A DNA stretch of 63,008 bases, counting the filler, from Octopus bimaculoides (taxonomy: Eukaryota), in assembly GCF_001194135.2 (NCBI RefSeq). It is 5 parts of 5 records of this genome, joined end to end, with 100 filler letters (N's around TTAATTAATTAA, not from the genome) between each part and the next. Parts side by side here need not be neighbours in the genome. Positions count along the whole stretch, not along the records: positions 34,872 to 51,255 come from NC_068986.1; positions 51,356 to 60,914 come from NC_068996.1; 3 more parts are not named here. One strand, written 5' to 3'. A program made the position numbers and the translations under genes. Below, piece by piece: positions 38,809-51,803 of the stretch (positions are counted from its first letter, which is position 1; every line of letters begins with the position of its first letter). The notes under the pieces were generated by a model, which was not told the origin of the DNA, made no database searches, and saw nothing but the letters and a program-made list of their open reading frames with translations.

Positions 38809-38847
<39 letters not shown>

Positions 38848-38893
38848 CCTCTCTCTCTCTCTCTCTCTCGCTTTCTCTCTCCCTTTGTGTCTC

Positions 38894-38960
<67 letters not shown>

Positions 38961-39429
38961 GGGCATACACACATTCATACATACACACACATATATATAC
39001 ATATATACACGTGGTGATCATACCCTGATTTCAAGCCTAAAAACATTTTCACTGCGGGTGTATACACGTTTGATCGCATTTCTATAGTTTCACAAATAAA
39101 TATCAATTTCTAATAGTGTTTTCTGTTTTAAATATTATTCTCCAAATACAGCTCATAAATTTGACAAGAATCACGCCGACTTGCGCATTGATCAGAAATG
39201 AATTTGCAGCTCTGCCGCAGACAAACTTCCATCGTTTTATATATAAAGGTTATCAACAGTTCGTTTGTATTCTTGGAATTGTATTTATATAAGAATCATG
39301 TTTTAGTCTCCAGACGGACGACCTATCACGGGTGACATCCCAGCATTTGAAGAAGTGAAAAAACAGAGAATATATATGGGAGCATCCCTCTCTCTCTCTC
39401 TTCTGTCTCATTTTCTCTCTCTCTTTCTT

Positions 39430-39509
<80 letters not shown>

Positions 39510-40156
39510 TATTTCTATCTCTGTTTCTCTTGGTATATACTCGTTTCTATGAGTATATATTTTGGTGTTTGTTTGTATGAATGTTTGTATCAGTGTCTAG
39601 AGCATTTCATGAGCGTTGTGGTCGAGTTTAACGAAAAACTTTATTGCACAGCGAACATCTGAATTGACTTCGACTCCAGACCTCATTCTACAAACAAGAC
39701 AAGGAGTGCCTAGTACGGTGTTTTCAATGTGCTGTTAAAGCTGTCTCCATCAATCTGGAACAACAAATGTTGGCAGCTATGTTTACCTGATATATGGGGA
39801 CGACGTACTAAAATTATTAGCTCAGACAGTTATAAGACACTCTCCTTAAAATGTCTCAAACCTGGATTGCAGCTCGTATTTTTATACATCTATGTATTTT
39901 AATCGTATCAGGGCAATTTTACACCTAGGACAACAACACCACCCCATCGGACAATTCCTCCGACGCCAATTACCCTACTTGGTTTAATTACACCCTCTTG
40001 TATATATTAAGAGGTTTTGGATCATTATCTGTTGTCCTTCGGGTTAATTGCCTTTGGGGAGTTATTGTCCATAGTAGGGGAAGGGGGTAAATATCCTAGA
40101 TTCATCTTTATATATGTCGTATCGGTAATAAACCTATATATTCCTTGTCTCCGTTT

Positions 40157-40193
40157 TCTTTCTGTTGAAGAGCGTAGCTCGAAACGTCAAAGA
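40157..40193 (+). ncRNA. minimal type I hammerhead ribozyme fold (A6 to U variant)
   Basis: TCTTT|CTGTTGA|A|GAGC-GTA-GCTC|GAAA-CG-TC|AAAGA: 5-bp stem I, 4-bp stem II, palindromic ACGT stem III; predicted cleavage after 40188. Confidence 0.55.
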
Positions 40194-40282
40194 CTTTCCG
40201 TATTCCCGAGCGTCATACTAATACATCCTTTTGTTATTTACACCACCTGTCCTCGTCTGTTGTTGTTTTTTCGTATATTCTC

Positions 40283-40321
<39 letters not shown>

Positions 40322-40996
40322 TAGATAGATATNNNNNNNNNNNNNNNNNNNNNNNNNNNNNNNNNNNNNNNNNNNNNNNNNNNNNNNNNNNNNNNNNNNN
40401 NNNNNNNNNNNNNNNNNNNNNNNNNNNNNNNNNNNNNNNNNNNNNNNNNNNNNNNNNNNNNNNNNNNNNNNNNNNNNNNNNNNNNNNNNNNNNNNNNNNN
40501 NNNNNNNNNNNNNNNNNNNNNNNNNNNNNNNNNNNNNNNNNNNNNNNNNNNNNNNNNNNNNNNNNNNNNNNNNNNNNNNNNNNNNNNNNNNNNNNNNNNN
40601 NNNNNNNNNNNNNNNNNNNNNNNNNNNNNNNNNNNNNNNNNNNNNNNNNNNNNNNNNNNNNNNNNNNNNNNNNNNNNNNNNNNNNNNNNNNNNNNNNNNN
40701 NNNNNNNNNNNNNNNNNNNNNNNNNNNNNNNNNNNNNNNNNNNNNNNNNNNNNNNNNNNNNNNNNNNNNNNNNNNNNNNNNNNNNNNNNNNNNNNNNNNN
40801 NNNNNNNNNNNNNNNNNNNNNNNNNNNNNNNNNNNNNNNNNNNNNNNNNNNNNNNNNNNNNNNNNNNNNNNNNNNNNNNNNNNNNNNNNNNNNNNNNNNN
40901 NNNNNNNNNNNNNNNNNNNNNNNNNNNNNNNNNNNNNNNNNNNNNNNNNNNNNNNNNNNNNNNNNNNNNNNNNNNNNNNNNNNNNNNNNNNNNNNN

Positions 40997-41033
<37 letters not shown>

Positions 41034-42185
41034 GAATGTTTTAAAATGCAATTTTAAAGATGTTTATTCACTTGACCGGTTTCACTTTTTCAGAAATTGA
41101 TTGTCAAAAGTAAAATGTAAAGCTTTGAATGAACTTTGTTGTGTTAAGTACTGGTTATCACAAAAGTATTAAAAAAACAGAAATACATTCTTTGATAATA
41201 ATAAGAAGAAAATGAGCACAATGTAAATATGAGCACAATGTACACAACATTAAGTTTAGCCGCATCATCACTTACAACCAGAAAATTAGAAAGTGAAATG
41301 GCAACGCGTTTATTTCCATATTATACCCGCAATGCTGCAAGCAATGATTGTAGTTACAACATTACTTCGATTCTTTCGCTTTTATCTTATAACATTTTTG
41401 ACTCAAGGAAATATACTCTGCATATAAAGACGATCATAGCAGCGCAGTAATAATCACAAGGACAGAAGTGTCGTTTCCTTTCAAATGCATTTGTCCACGG
41501 TAAATGCAATCCGAACAGCAACTCGAATAACAACAAAAGCAGTTGTGTAATACAAATATGCACTCACGCAACCATTATATTCATATGTTCTAAACTTTTC
41601 AAAATTTAGTTGATCATTGCCGCCCATTCCACATGCTTTTATATAGCCAAATCATGTTATAAATTGTTATGGACGCGTTAAAGTGGGAGTGTTTTGAGAT
41701 ATAACATATGCTGTGCAATATCATTTTGTACAGAGCTGATTACAGCTTTTCTAGATAGCTGTGATCGCTAACGTTGAAAGGTTATTTAACGAGTGTTAAA
41801 TAAATATATAATGGATCAAGTATATTTAAGTTTTCTCCAAAAATAACCTTCAGGACAAAAGATGTATTATAATTTATATTAAAACTTTGTTCTTTTTGTT
41901 AAGACGTTGCATTACAAAATAGAAAATGTTAGGTTTTATCCCGCCAACACGTAGAGAACGACTTCTAGCACACGGATGATAACCCTTAGTTACTAGGTTG
42001 TCTGTTGCGTGTACACACGCACACACAGATGCACATATATGTGTGTGTGTACATACATACGTGCACACATACACTCTTTTACTCTTTTACTTGTTTCATT
42101 TATTTGACTGTGCAGGGCATATTCTTTGAAAATTATTTGCATTATTTACATTTGACGGATATTTGTCCTCATTTTGTTTGTTGTT

Positions 42186-42231
42186 AACACAACATTTCGG
42201 CTGTTATACTCTCCAAACTTCATCAGATGTC
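42186..42231 (-). ncRNA. minimal type I hammerhead ribozyme fold downstream of the PLE ORF
   Basis: GACAT|CTGATGA|A|GTTTG-10nt-CAGCC|GAAA-TG-TT|GTGTT: intact CUGAUGA and GAAA core; stem I 5 bp with wobbles, stem II 4/5. Confidence 0.55.
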
Positions 42232-42295
42232 TTGGGGAAATTTCGAACCTGGGTTCTCATTCCTAAGGTATTTTTCGACGTTCTTGTTTTAATCA

Positions 42296-42357
<62 letters not shown>

Positions 42358-42359
<2 letters not shown>

Positions 42360-43560
42360 GTCCCCTATCCGTCCTTAATACCGGTTCCCATATGCAACTC
42401 ATATCTGCACTCGGCTTGCTAAAGAGGTTCTTGTGTCCTAGCATATGTGCTGCTTCTTTTAGTTTTCGTATTTTCCAGTGGTGTTCTCTATCTATTAGTT
42501 TAACTTCATCCCACAATAGGAGGCGGTCTCCATTCGTCCATACATGATCAGCTATACCAGATTTATCAATATCTCCTCCTGTCACAGCTTTGCGATGTTC
42601 GTCTACCATTATTTTGAGGGAGCGGCATATTTTGAATTTGTATAACCTACCACAGCTGCATGGAATGCAGTACACGCAGTCTTTGGTCATATTCTCTTCT
42701 ACTGTTGGTTTTACTCGAAGGAGATATTTGCGAAGTGTCGTATTTCTCTTGAATACTGTCCTGATGTCATATGGGCTGCATATCTTTTGTATCTTTTCGG
42801 AGAGGCGTTTCACATAGGGTAGATAGACTGTAGACAGTTTATCGTTTATAATTGGAGTGGATAGTATGTTTTGGGGTTAGTTGTTGCTTAATAAATTATG
42901 ATTAAGCTTGATCATTTCTTCATGGTGTGTATGACGATCGCTACTCATATTCTCTGCTCGGTGTTTTAGGCACCGAACGATCCCCCTCTTTACACTGTAT
43001 GTATGGTGGGAATTGAAGTTGAGGTATCGTCCAGTGAACGTTGGCTTGCGGTATACGGATATCCTGATTTCATACATGGTGCGTGTCATTAATACGTCCT
43101 GAAATGCTAGCTGGTTGTCTTTTTCCTTTTCCATTTTGAACTGTATGAATGGCTTTATGGAGTTCACATGATCCTGATGGGGCTAGTGTATGAAGGTGTT
43201 ATCAACATATCGCAGCAATAAGGTTTGTTTTAGTGGTGTTTATCCTGAAGCCAAATTCTCAAAGTATTCCATGTATATATTGGTTATTACCGCTGATAAT
43301 GGCAAACATAGCTAAACCCTTTTCTTGATATATATCGGCGTTCATACTGAACTAAGTAGCTTCTACACAGGTCAGCATTTCCATGAAGTTTCTAATTGGT
43401 ATACTAGTGCGTTCTTTTAGATGAGTGTCTGTCATTAGTTTTTCTTGAATCACCGACAGTGCTTCTCCAGTTGGGACTTTTGTGAATAGACATATCACAC
43501 CTAGACTCACCATCTGTTTGGATCCAATGGAGGTATCCACCCACTTCACAGAATTAATCA
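42358..43560 (-). mobile_element. Penelope-like element (Poseidon-type) RT plus GIY-YIG relic
   Basis: LFTKVP..EAL; LRYVDNTF; FKMEKEKDNQLAF; VYRKPTFTGRYLNFNSHH; LPYVKRLSEKI; VYCIPCSCG; KSGIADH; frameshifts and stops. Confidence 0.9.
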
Positions 43561-44825
43561 ATGATATGTATGTATATATGTAGGTATATATGTTCGTATG
43601 TATGCATGTGTGCATGTCCCTAGGTGTGTATGTATGAAGCTGGGTGCATGTGTGTGTTAACTGAGTTTGGGTATTTGCGTTTTATGTGTATGCGAGTCGC
43701 TTTTTCCCACGCATTTTAGTGAAGAAACAAGGCTCTTCTAGTATAGTCTCTTAGATCTTTAAGTTCTGTAAAATTCTTGCCATGTTGCACACTTTTTATC
43801 AAACAAGAATCGCATTAAATGTCACAGTTCTCTCCTCAACACTGCAATTCTTCTCATCATATTGCATGGCCATTCGGACGAAATTCGACTTCTAAATGAA
43901 TTACACCCTATGCTAATGCTTGTAATGCCTGTCCTTTTATTAGCACATAAAATCAACTGCAAACTCTTTCAAAGTTCGTTATTGCCAACATTATTCTAAC
44001 CTCATAGCAATGCAAATGTTTCGAAGCAGCTTATGCATATTTCTTAGAAATCAAGTATACGAGTCCTGATATTAAACGGAGATTTTTCAGTTTGCTCAAT
44101 CTTAACTTGTGATCTATGATCTGACTCCCATACACAAAATACATGATACAGATCGTATATAATGTAACAATTAATGCATTATTAGAACATAGAGTATGGG
44201 AAACTATGAATATAAAACCCACATACGTGTACATGCATTGGTACACACACACATATAAAATATCCAGTTCCCCACCAAAAAAGTATTTTCCGTCGTTCCG
44301 AACATTTCTAAACTTTTATGAAGTCAACAACTTACAGCGCTCTTCATACAACATACTACGCTGTTAAGAACGAAGTCATTAAAATGGACAGAAAATTTAG
44401 AAGGCTAGCTTTGATAGAAATGGTCGAACGCTTGTCGTGTCTATAGAAAATATGCACATCGAGCAGCTTTACTCTTTCTAATGTAAAAAGGTTTTTCAAC
44501 CCACTATTTATATGCTTTTATTTATAGCTTTATATGTGATTCAAGACTTAGTTCCAAATAGTATTTCTATCTATCAATAAGTATTGACATATGTATATAT
44601 CTTCATAAACGCATATAAATAGATACGTACGTCGCGTTGTATGAATATATCTAATTCTCTGCTCGTGATATAGAACAGTAAATCTGTGGAACAGGAAAGC
44701 AACAGTAATCTATGTCTATGTGTGTGAGTGTATATATATAAATATACATATACATATACATATACACATATATATATANNNNNNNNNNNNNNNNNNNNNN
44801 NNNNNNNNNNNNNNNNNNNNNNNNN

Positions 44826-44858
<33 letters not shown>

Positions 44859-44859
44859 G

Positions 44860-44914
<55 letters not shown>

Positions 44915-44915
44915 G

Positions 44916-44979
<64 letters not shown>

Positions 44980-44992
44980 TATGGATAGATAG
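44826..44992. repeat. (AGAT)n tetranucleotide array
   Basis: direct reading. Confidence 0.95.
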
Positions 44993-45808
44993 ACTTACAG
45001 GGAAATATTTAATATGCTCTCTAGGTGGTGTTCCGGAATTTTGCTCGGGAATAAATAGCTATATCTACAGCGGCGTATTAGCTTTACTGAATATTATTGA
45101 ATAACAATAAAAGTAAACACAGACAAAAATAAAGGGCAAAATCCTAAAGTGTTGAAGCAGAGCAATACCAAAATAGTTTTGCATTGCAATTCTATATTTG
45201 GTGTAACAGCATGCTCGTTATGTGGATTATAGCCTGAAAGTAAATATAGTATTACGCGCATGCGTACAAACATACACGACCGAAAATGCGCAAATTTGCG
45301 TGCAGACACGGAAACAAACGCACGCATATATAACATAAGCATGATTGTACATACACATATGCGTTTGAATGAAAGCTGTTCTGTTTTGGTTAAAAACGGA
45401 ATATCATCCTGGTAGTGACAAGCAAGGATAGCGGATGTATTCAGGCTTCTTTGGCCTCGTCAGTGAGGTGTAATCGCTGCCAAACCTCTAGATGAAATAT
45501 GCCTTCTGTGATGCATGAATCACTGAATACACAAATTTTAATTAAATGCTATTTAAATTACGCACAGAGGATTTTTCTTCGGGCTGGCAGTAAATCCTAA
45601 CATCAGTGAACGGCATATTCAATGTTTCTAATACCAGTTGCTAGATTTTAATAATGCCCAAGGAGAAATGAAATGTATGATACATAGATGGCATTTTCAA
45701 TAATAGTAATAAGCATGCCCAGTAAACAGATGCTACCTTAGTCTGCTGGCTGCGGACAGCTGACAATTGTCATTATACCCAGCAAAATAAGCTGTGAGTT
45801 TGCATCAC

Positions 45809-45879
<71 letters not shown>

Positions 45880-46290
45880 TTTCGATGATGCCTTCGGGTT
45901 TATGTTCGTACCACTTTTTTCGCTTTGTCTAGTCCATTCTTGTTGTAAAGTGCCCCAATAGACAATCCTTGCAATATTGTCATGATGTCTCTTAAATTCT
46001 TTCTGGGCTATTGGCGTACATTGACTGCTAATATGTCATAGGGTTTCACCATTTTGTCGACAGATTCTGCTCTTCTCACTTTCTGCTGTGTTGTCTAATT
46101 TGTATATGATGTAATTCGTTCTTAATGCTTGTTCTTGGGCAGCACAGATTAGAGCCTCCATTTCCAGTTTTAAATCACATATAGTCATCCATAGCCATCT
46201 GTTTTCTCTGTCTGTATTAATTTCAACATCCCTATGAACTTGTCCATGCACTCTTTTCTTTGTCCAGTTATTTTCAGTACTTGAGCAGAC
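45880..46290 (-). mobile_element. R4/Dong-like RLE LINE fragment (HGQ to zinc-knuckle region)
   Basis: HGQVHRD...EALICAAQEQALRTNY...CRQNGETL*HISSQCTPIAQKEFKRHHDNIARIVYW...WYEHKPEGIIEN. Confidence 0.8.
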
Positions 46291-46294
46291 TGAT

Positions 46295-47430
46295 TTTGAT
46301 TCTTAAATCGAAATTAAATTCAACGGACAGAATAAAATTGAAGCTATCAACACTTGGGCTCTTTCAATCATTAGGTATGGAGCAGGGGCAATTGCATGGA
46401 CAGTAGACGAACTAAACAGCTTAGACAGAAAGAAAGGGATGTTTCTGACTAGATACTCCACCCAAAATGTGACACAGACAGACTATGTACCTAGAAAAAG
46501 AGGACTTATTGGATGCAAACACAGCGTTAGAGGAGTAGAAAGCAACATAGCATGTCACAGAACCACTATTATCGGAAGTGAGAAGGTCAGGTTATGTATG
46601 ATGGAAGATTGCAAAGATAAAGCACTGTAGAAGTAACACATAGGGAAATGAAAACCCAAACGAATTTAAAAACCAGAGAAAAGAACAAAAATTACCTGAC
46701 TGGTAAGAGAAGCCGTTGCTTAGTAGATTCTGAAAGATAGTTTCAACAAATAGTATTGGTGAGATACAATTATTGTTTCAGAAAGGAAAGCTGAAGTTGA
46801 GACAGAAAGTTTGTTAGTAACTGCAAAAGATCAAGCTTTAAGGACTAATTGCATAAAAGTCAAGATATACAAAACTCAAGTAGATTGTTAATGTAGTTTA
46901 GGGAAATAAAAAAAAGGAAAGCGTTACTCATATAGTAAGAGAAAGTAACATGCTGGCACAGAAAGAATAGAAGAAAGGACATGACACTCGAGGGAGAGTA
47001 ATCTACTGGGAGTTATGTAGAAAGCTAGAATTTGAACATAGTGATAAATGGTATACACATTAACTTAACAGTCTGATTAACAGGGTAATAAAAGTTAGAA
47101 GGCCTGATTTAGTAGTAGTAGATAAAGAGAATAGAAATGATTAAAAAAACATAATGAGTATAATAGAAAAAATAGCAAAGTACCAGGACCTAACCATTGA
47201 ATTACAGGGACTATGGTAAAATGTATCCAAATAGTTATAAGTGCATTGGAAATTATATCTAAATATATCTCAAAAGATGGCTAGAGGAAATAGGCATGAA
47301 ACCTAGTTTAGTAGAGATTAAGTTAACAGTGTTTTTAGGGACAGCTAGAATACGTAGGAGGATTCTTTGCATCTACGGTTGCTTATTGTAAGCCGAGGCT
47401 AGGAATTGTTTTATTTTCCAACAGTCTAAT
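46295..47430 (+). mobile_element. R4/Dong-like RLE LINE relic (RT thumb to RLE)
   Basis: NKIEAINTWALSIIRYGAG...ETESLLVTAKDQALRTN...RVIYWELC...VRRPDLVVVDKE...KIAKYQDL...VFLGTARI. Confidence 0.8.
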
Positions 47431-47442
47431 CTATTGTGTGTA

Positions 47443-47594
47443 TGATGATGATGTTGATGGGGGGTAGTCATGACGACGATGATGATGATGATGATGACGA
47501 TGATGATAACAATAATAATAATAATAATAATAACAATAATAATAACAATAATAATAATAATAACAATAATAACAATTATAGTAATAATAACAAC

Positions 47595-47639
<45 letters not shown>

Positions 47640-47722
47640 GTCCAAACCCGAGAAATAGCACTGCAAATAAAACTGCACCGAATACTACACCATGATGATC
47701 GATAACATCGATAATAACAATG

Positions 47723-47785
<63 letters not shown>
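47443..47785. repeat. compound (GAT)/(AAT)/(CAT) microsatellites
   Basis: direct reading. Confidence 0.95.
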
Positions 47786-47786
<1 letters not shown>

Positions 47787-49211
47787 AATCACTATCAACA
47801 TAGTATCAACAATCCTCTTCATCACCGTCATCATGATTCATGATCACGGTCAACAGCAACGTTGCCACAGACAAATGAGAGAGAAAAATATCAGTAGAAC
47901 CATCAGCGATACATGGCTGCTATGTTGAGTCAGTTTTAATTAGGTTTTGTCTGCTGCGGGTTATTGTAGTTGTTGCATTCTATGCATTTCTAAGCTCTAT
48001 ATTTATTTTTCTAGTGTTATTTACATGTCATGTATGGCGTCAAACACAATTTCCAAGCTGCATTGCAGATAGCGGTCACCTTTGTGCATCCTCTTGAATA
48101 TAGAGATACAGAGAAACACACACACACACACACACACACACGTGCACACACACATACATACACACGTGTATATACTTATATATGTGTACTGTATGTGTTG
48201 TGTGTGTGTGTGTCTGTGTGCAGATATATGTATACAGAGTGGATACGAAGAATTGCATACACGCATTGAATGATTATAAAAACAGTGTTTATTAAAGTAA
48301 GGTTCATTTTCAAGATTTAAAAGAACTTACAAATCTCTTGCGAACCCCTGTTTTCAAACATATATGTGTATTGGTCCCTGGTATGGAAACTATGCGAAGT
48401 AATGGAATTCAAACATCAAGGCACGCTTTCTGCTGTAATTTTGTGCTTTCACGTACAGTAGTTGTCCTTAGTTCGTAGATTGTTGCTGATCTAGTACCAT
48501 AAATGTTATTTTTTACGTGGTGTATTCTTTTGTGATGACAGAGTATACTAGTGAACCTCTCCAGTCAAGCCAGGTGTTTCAGTAAAATCCCATCTGTGCA
48601 GGCCCTTACATTACTATCGCTGTGTCTGATTATCACATTTTGCAGTAGATATACTTTTAGATCTTCAAAGTCCTTTAGAATGTATGACTGGTTGCCACAG
48701 CAAGTTCAAATAAATAGGACCAGTCATAATTCCGTCAAAAAATGAACGCTGCCATTAATAATTTTGATGACGAAATGCAACATAATATTATTTTTGGTAA
48801 CTTTGTTCATGTGTGTGTTTTTTTGTTTTTTTTTTGTTTGATTAAATTTTGTTAACGTATGTAGTATTTAATTCCATTTGTTTATCTATGTATTGTATTA
48901 TACTTTGTTCATATTATTATTGGTTAATGTAATATAAAGCTGAAGCAAATTAACACCAAATATACAGTGCGTGTGTTTTTATTGGCTAAACTGGCAATAT
49001 GACCATCCCCACGTACAACAACATCTGTTTCAACACACGATTTCACATAAAAAATCTTGCAAAACAAATATATATATATATACATATATACATACATATG
49101 AATNNNNNNNNNNNNNNNNNNNNNNNNNNNNNNNNNNNNNNNNNNNNNNNNNNNNNNNNNNNNNNNNNNNNNNNNNNNNNNNNNNNNNNNNNNNNNNNNN
49201 NNNNNNNNNNN

Positions 49212-49248
<37 letters not shown>

Positions 49249-49429
49249 CGTGTGTGTGTGTGTGTGTCTGTGTGTCTCCACTGTCCTGCTTTTTTTGCCA
49301 ACTTTGACACTCCATAAAATCCAAAATACATTTTGTAAGTTATGGGACCAACTGTCTTGGAAGACTCATATTTGTCGTTGAATGCTCGAAATAAGGAGTA
49401 GAAAGACAGCCGAAACAAAGCCAGAATTT

Positions 49430-49610
49430 TCAAGGGAGGAGATAGGCCGATTATATCGATCCCAGTGCTCAGCTGGTACTTATGTTATCGATTTCCGAAA
49501 AGATGAAAGGCAAAGAGTCGACCTCGGCGGAGTTTGAACTCAGAGTGCAAAAGACGGACGGAAAGGCACTAAGCATTTTGGTCGATGCCAAAGACAGTGC
49601 AAATATTGAT
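49430..49610 (-). mobile_element. SINE family 2
   Basis: CTGGTACTTATGTTATCG...GATGAAAGGCAAAG..GTCGACCTCGGCGGAGTTTGAACTCAGA...CTAAGCATTT. Confidence 0.8.
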
Positions 49611-49893
49611 AACATCTTTGTAGTTTGTCACTACGGAGGCGAGGACAAGGAAATTCCAACGGAAGAATCGAAAACGCATCTGAATTCGCATTGAATGTTT
49701 GCCGTATTGATGCAGGCAGTCCTCATGATGCCAATGCAAACTATCAGACCAAGCAGTAACGCAGTACAAAGTAATTAAACTTTTAACTTCAAAGTGATAA
49801 CTAATTTTAAGATTAAATGTGTCAATAAAATGAAACCTCTTCACGAAACGCAACATATATAAAAACATACATACATACATACACACACACACT

Positions 49894-49939
<46 letters not shown>

Positions 49940-51104
49940 NNNNNNNNNNNNNNNNNNNNNNNNNNNNNNNNNNNNNNNNNNNNNNNNNNNNNNNNNNNNN
50001 NNNNNNNNNNNNNNNNNNNNNNNNNNNNNNNNNNNNNNNNNNNNNNNNNNNNNNNNNNNNNNNNNNNNNNNNNNNNNNNNNNNNNNNNNNNNNNNNNNNN
50101 NNNNNNNNNNNNNNNNNNNNNNNNNNNNNNNNNNNNNNNNNNNNNNNNNNNNNNNNNNNNNNNNNNNNNNNNNNNNNNNNNNNNNNNNNNNNNNNNNNNN
50201 NNNNNNNNNNNNNNNNNNNNNTATATATATATATATATATATAGTAAAAGCAAAGAAAAGCAAGAAGAATTAAAAGCAGAACCAATCCTGAAGAAAGGAA
50301 TATCTAAACGCATATATTCTGAAGTGTAATGAAGACAACAGAATTTTAATTAGAGTTCATTATTTCTATTCGGCTGTTTCTTAATTTATACTTTCATGTT
50401 AGTTTTATATTATCACTTGTTATATATATATTTGTTTATCATTTTCATTATTATTATTATGGTTATTTTTATTATTATTATTATTGGTATTACTTGGTGA
50501 ACTTCAGAAAGAATTTGCTACTATATTCGAAGCTTCTCTATAAATCATTAATTTTTATTGTTATATATTTTGTTGATGTTTGGGAAAAAATCAGAAGTGG
50601 TGGTGGAGCAGGGTGTTATTTCTTACTTTTATTTTAACTGAATATCTCGTACGGATGAGAAAGGAAATTAAGAACAGATCATAGAATGAAAGACAAACCA
50701 ATATAAAATGGAAAGGAGAAAAAGAGAGAGAGAGAAAAAAAGAAATCATGACATAAAGTTATCATCTGAGAAAATTGGAACCAAACACAATGAAAACAAA
50801 TCTTAGAAAGCAAATCAAACCAACGAATATAAATAATGAAGTGAATGATGTGATATGAGTCAATAGAAAGAAGAAGCTGATGCCGAGATATGTTGAAATA
50901 ATGTAAAAGAGGAATTTTGCATATGATTGGTAAAATAGATAGATGAGTAAATAGGGAGACGTATATGCGCCCCCTCAAATTCACCATACTCATATATATA
51001 TATATATAGTTCAAAAAAGCAATAACAAAAAAACAAAAAAACAACAAAGTGAGGACGTGATATGGATAGTATTATTGGACGCTCAGGAAAGGAAAGAGAG
51101 AGTG

Positions 51105-51139
51105 TATGACGCTTCGGGCGTAGCCCTTCGTCGGAAAGA
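51105..51139 (-). ncRNA. decayed minimal hammerhead ribozyme fold, relative of the 40157 copy
   Basis: TCTTT|CCGACGA|A|GGGC-TAC-GCCC|GAAG-CG-TC; two core substitutions; downstream GAGCGTC..TAATAC..ATCC is shared with 40208-40228. Confidence 0.4.
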
Positions 51140-51299
51140 TGGAAAGTTCGGAGAATGGAAGAACGGAGAAAGCGGAAAATGGTACCGATGCCCAGGAGGT
51201 TACATGATGAAAAGACCGGAAGAGGAGGTGGTGGGGGAAAAGTTCTTTCTAAGATNNNNNNNNNNNNNNNNNNNNNNNNNNNNNNNNNNNNNNNNNNNN

Positions 51300-51311
51300 T
51301 TAATTAATTAA
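51300..51311. other. assembly linker TTAATTAATTAA
   Basis: 44N-12-44N. Confidence 0.95.
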
Positions 51312-51765
51312 NNNNNNNNNNNNNNNNNNNNNNNNNNNNNNNNNNNNNNNNNNNNATATGTGTGTATGTATGTATATGTGTATATATGCATATATATTTG
51401 TGTATGTATGCTACGTAAATGTCTGAATACATGTGTGTATACATCAATGAATGTTATGTATATATGTGTGCATACATGTATGAATATGCATGTATATGTA
51501 TGTATGTGTACGCGTGCGCGCGTAGCACTTGCCGATTTAATTCGTTTGTTTCCACAGTGCTGTTTCCCAAGGGAAGTGATTAAATTTGTGAAATTGATTT
51601 TAAATGAAACATTGAACTCGCCATATTGTTGGTATGACAAAATTTTTCAAATCGTTTGAACTACAATTTTCGAAAATATTTTTCTTTGCTGTGCCTATAA
51701 GCTCCTACGAACTGTAAGCATGTAATTTTGTGAATTTGTGAATACACACATATATTTACACACAC

Positions 51766-51803
<38 letters not shown>

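Noticed and set aside
41060-41110. Hammerhead on the minus strand (GAAACCGGTC)
   Set aside because: Core CTGAAAA is mutated and there is no stem II
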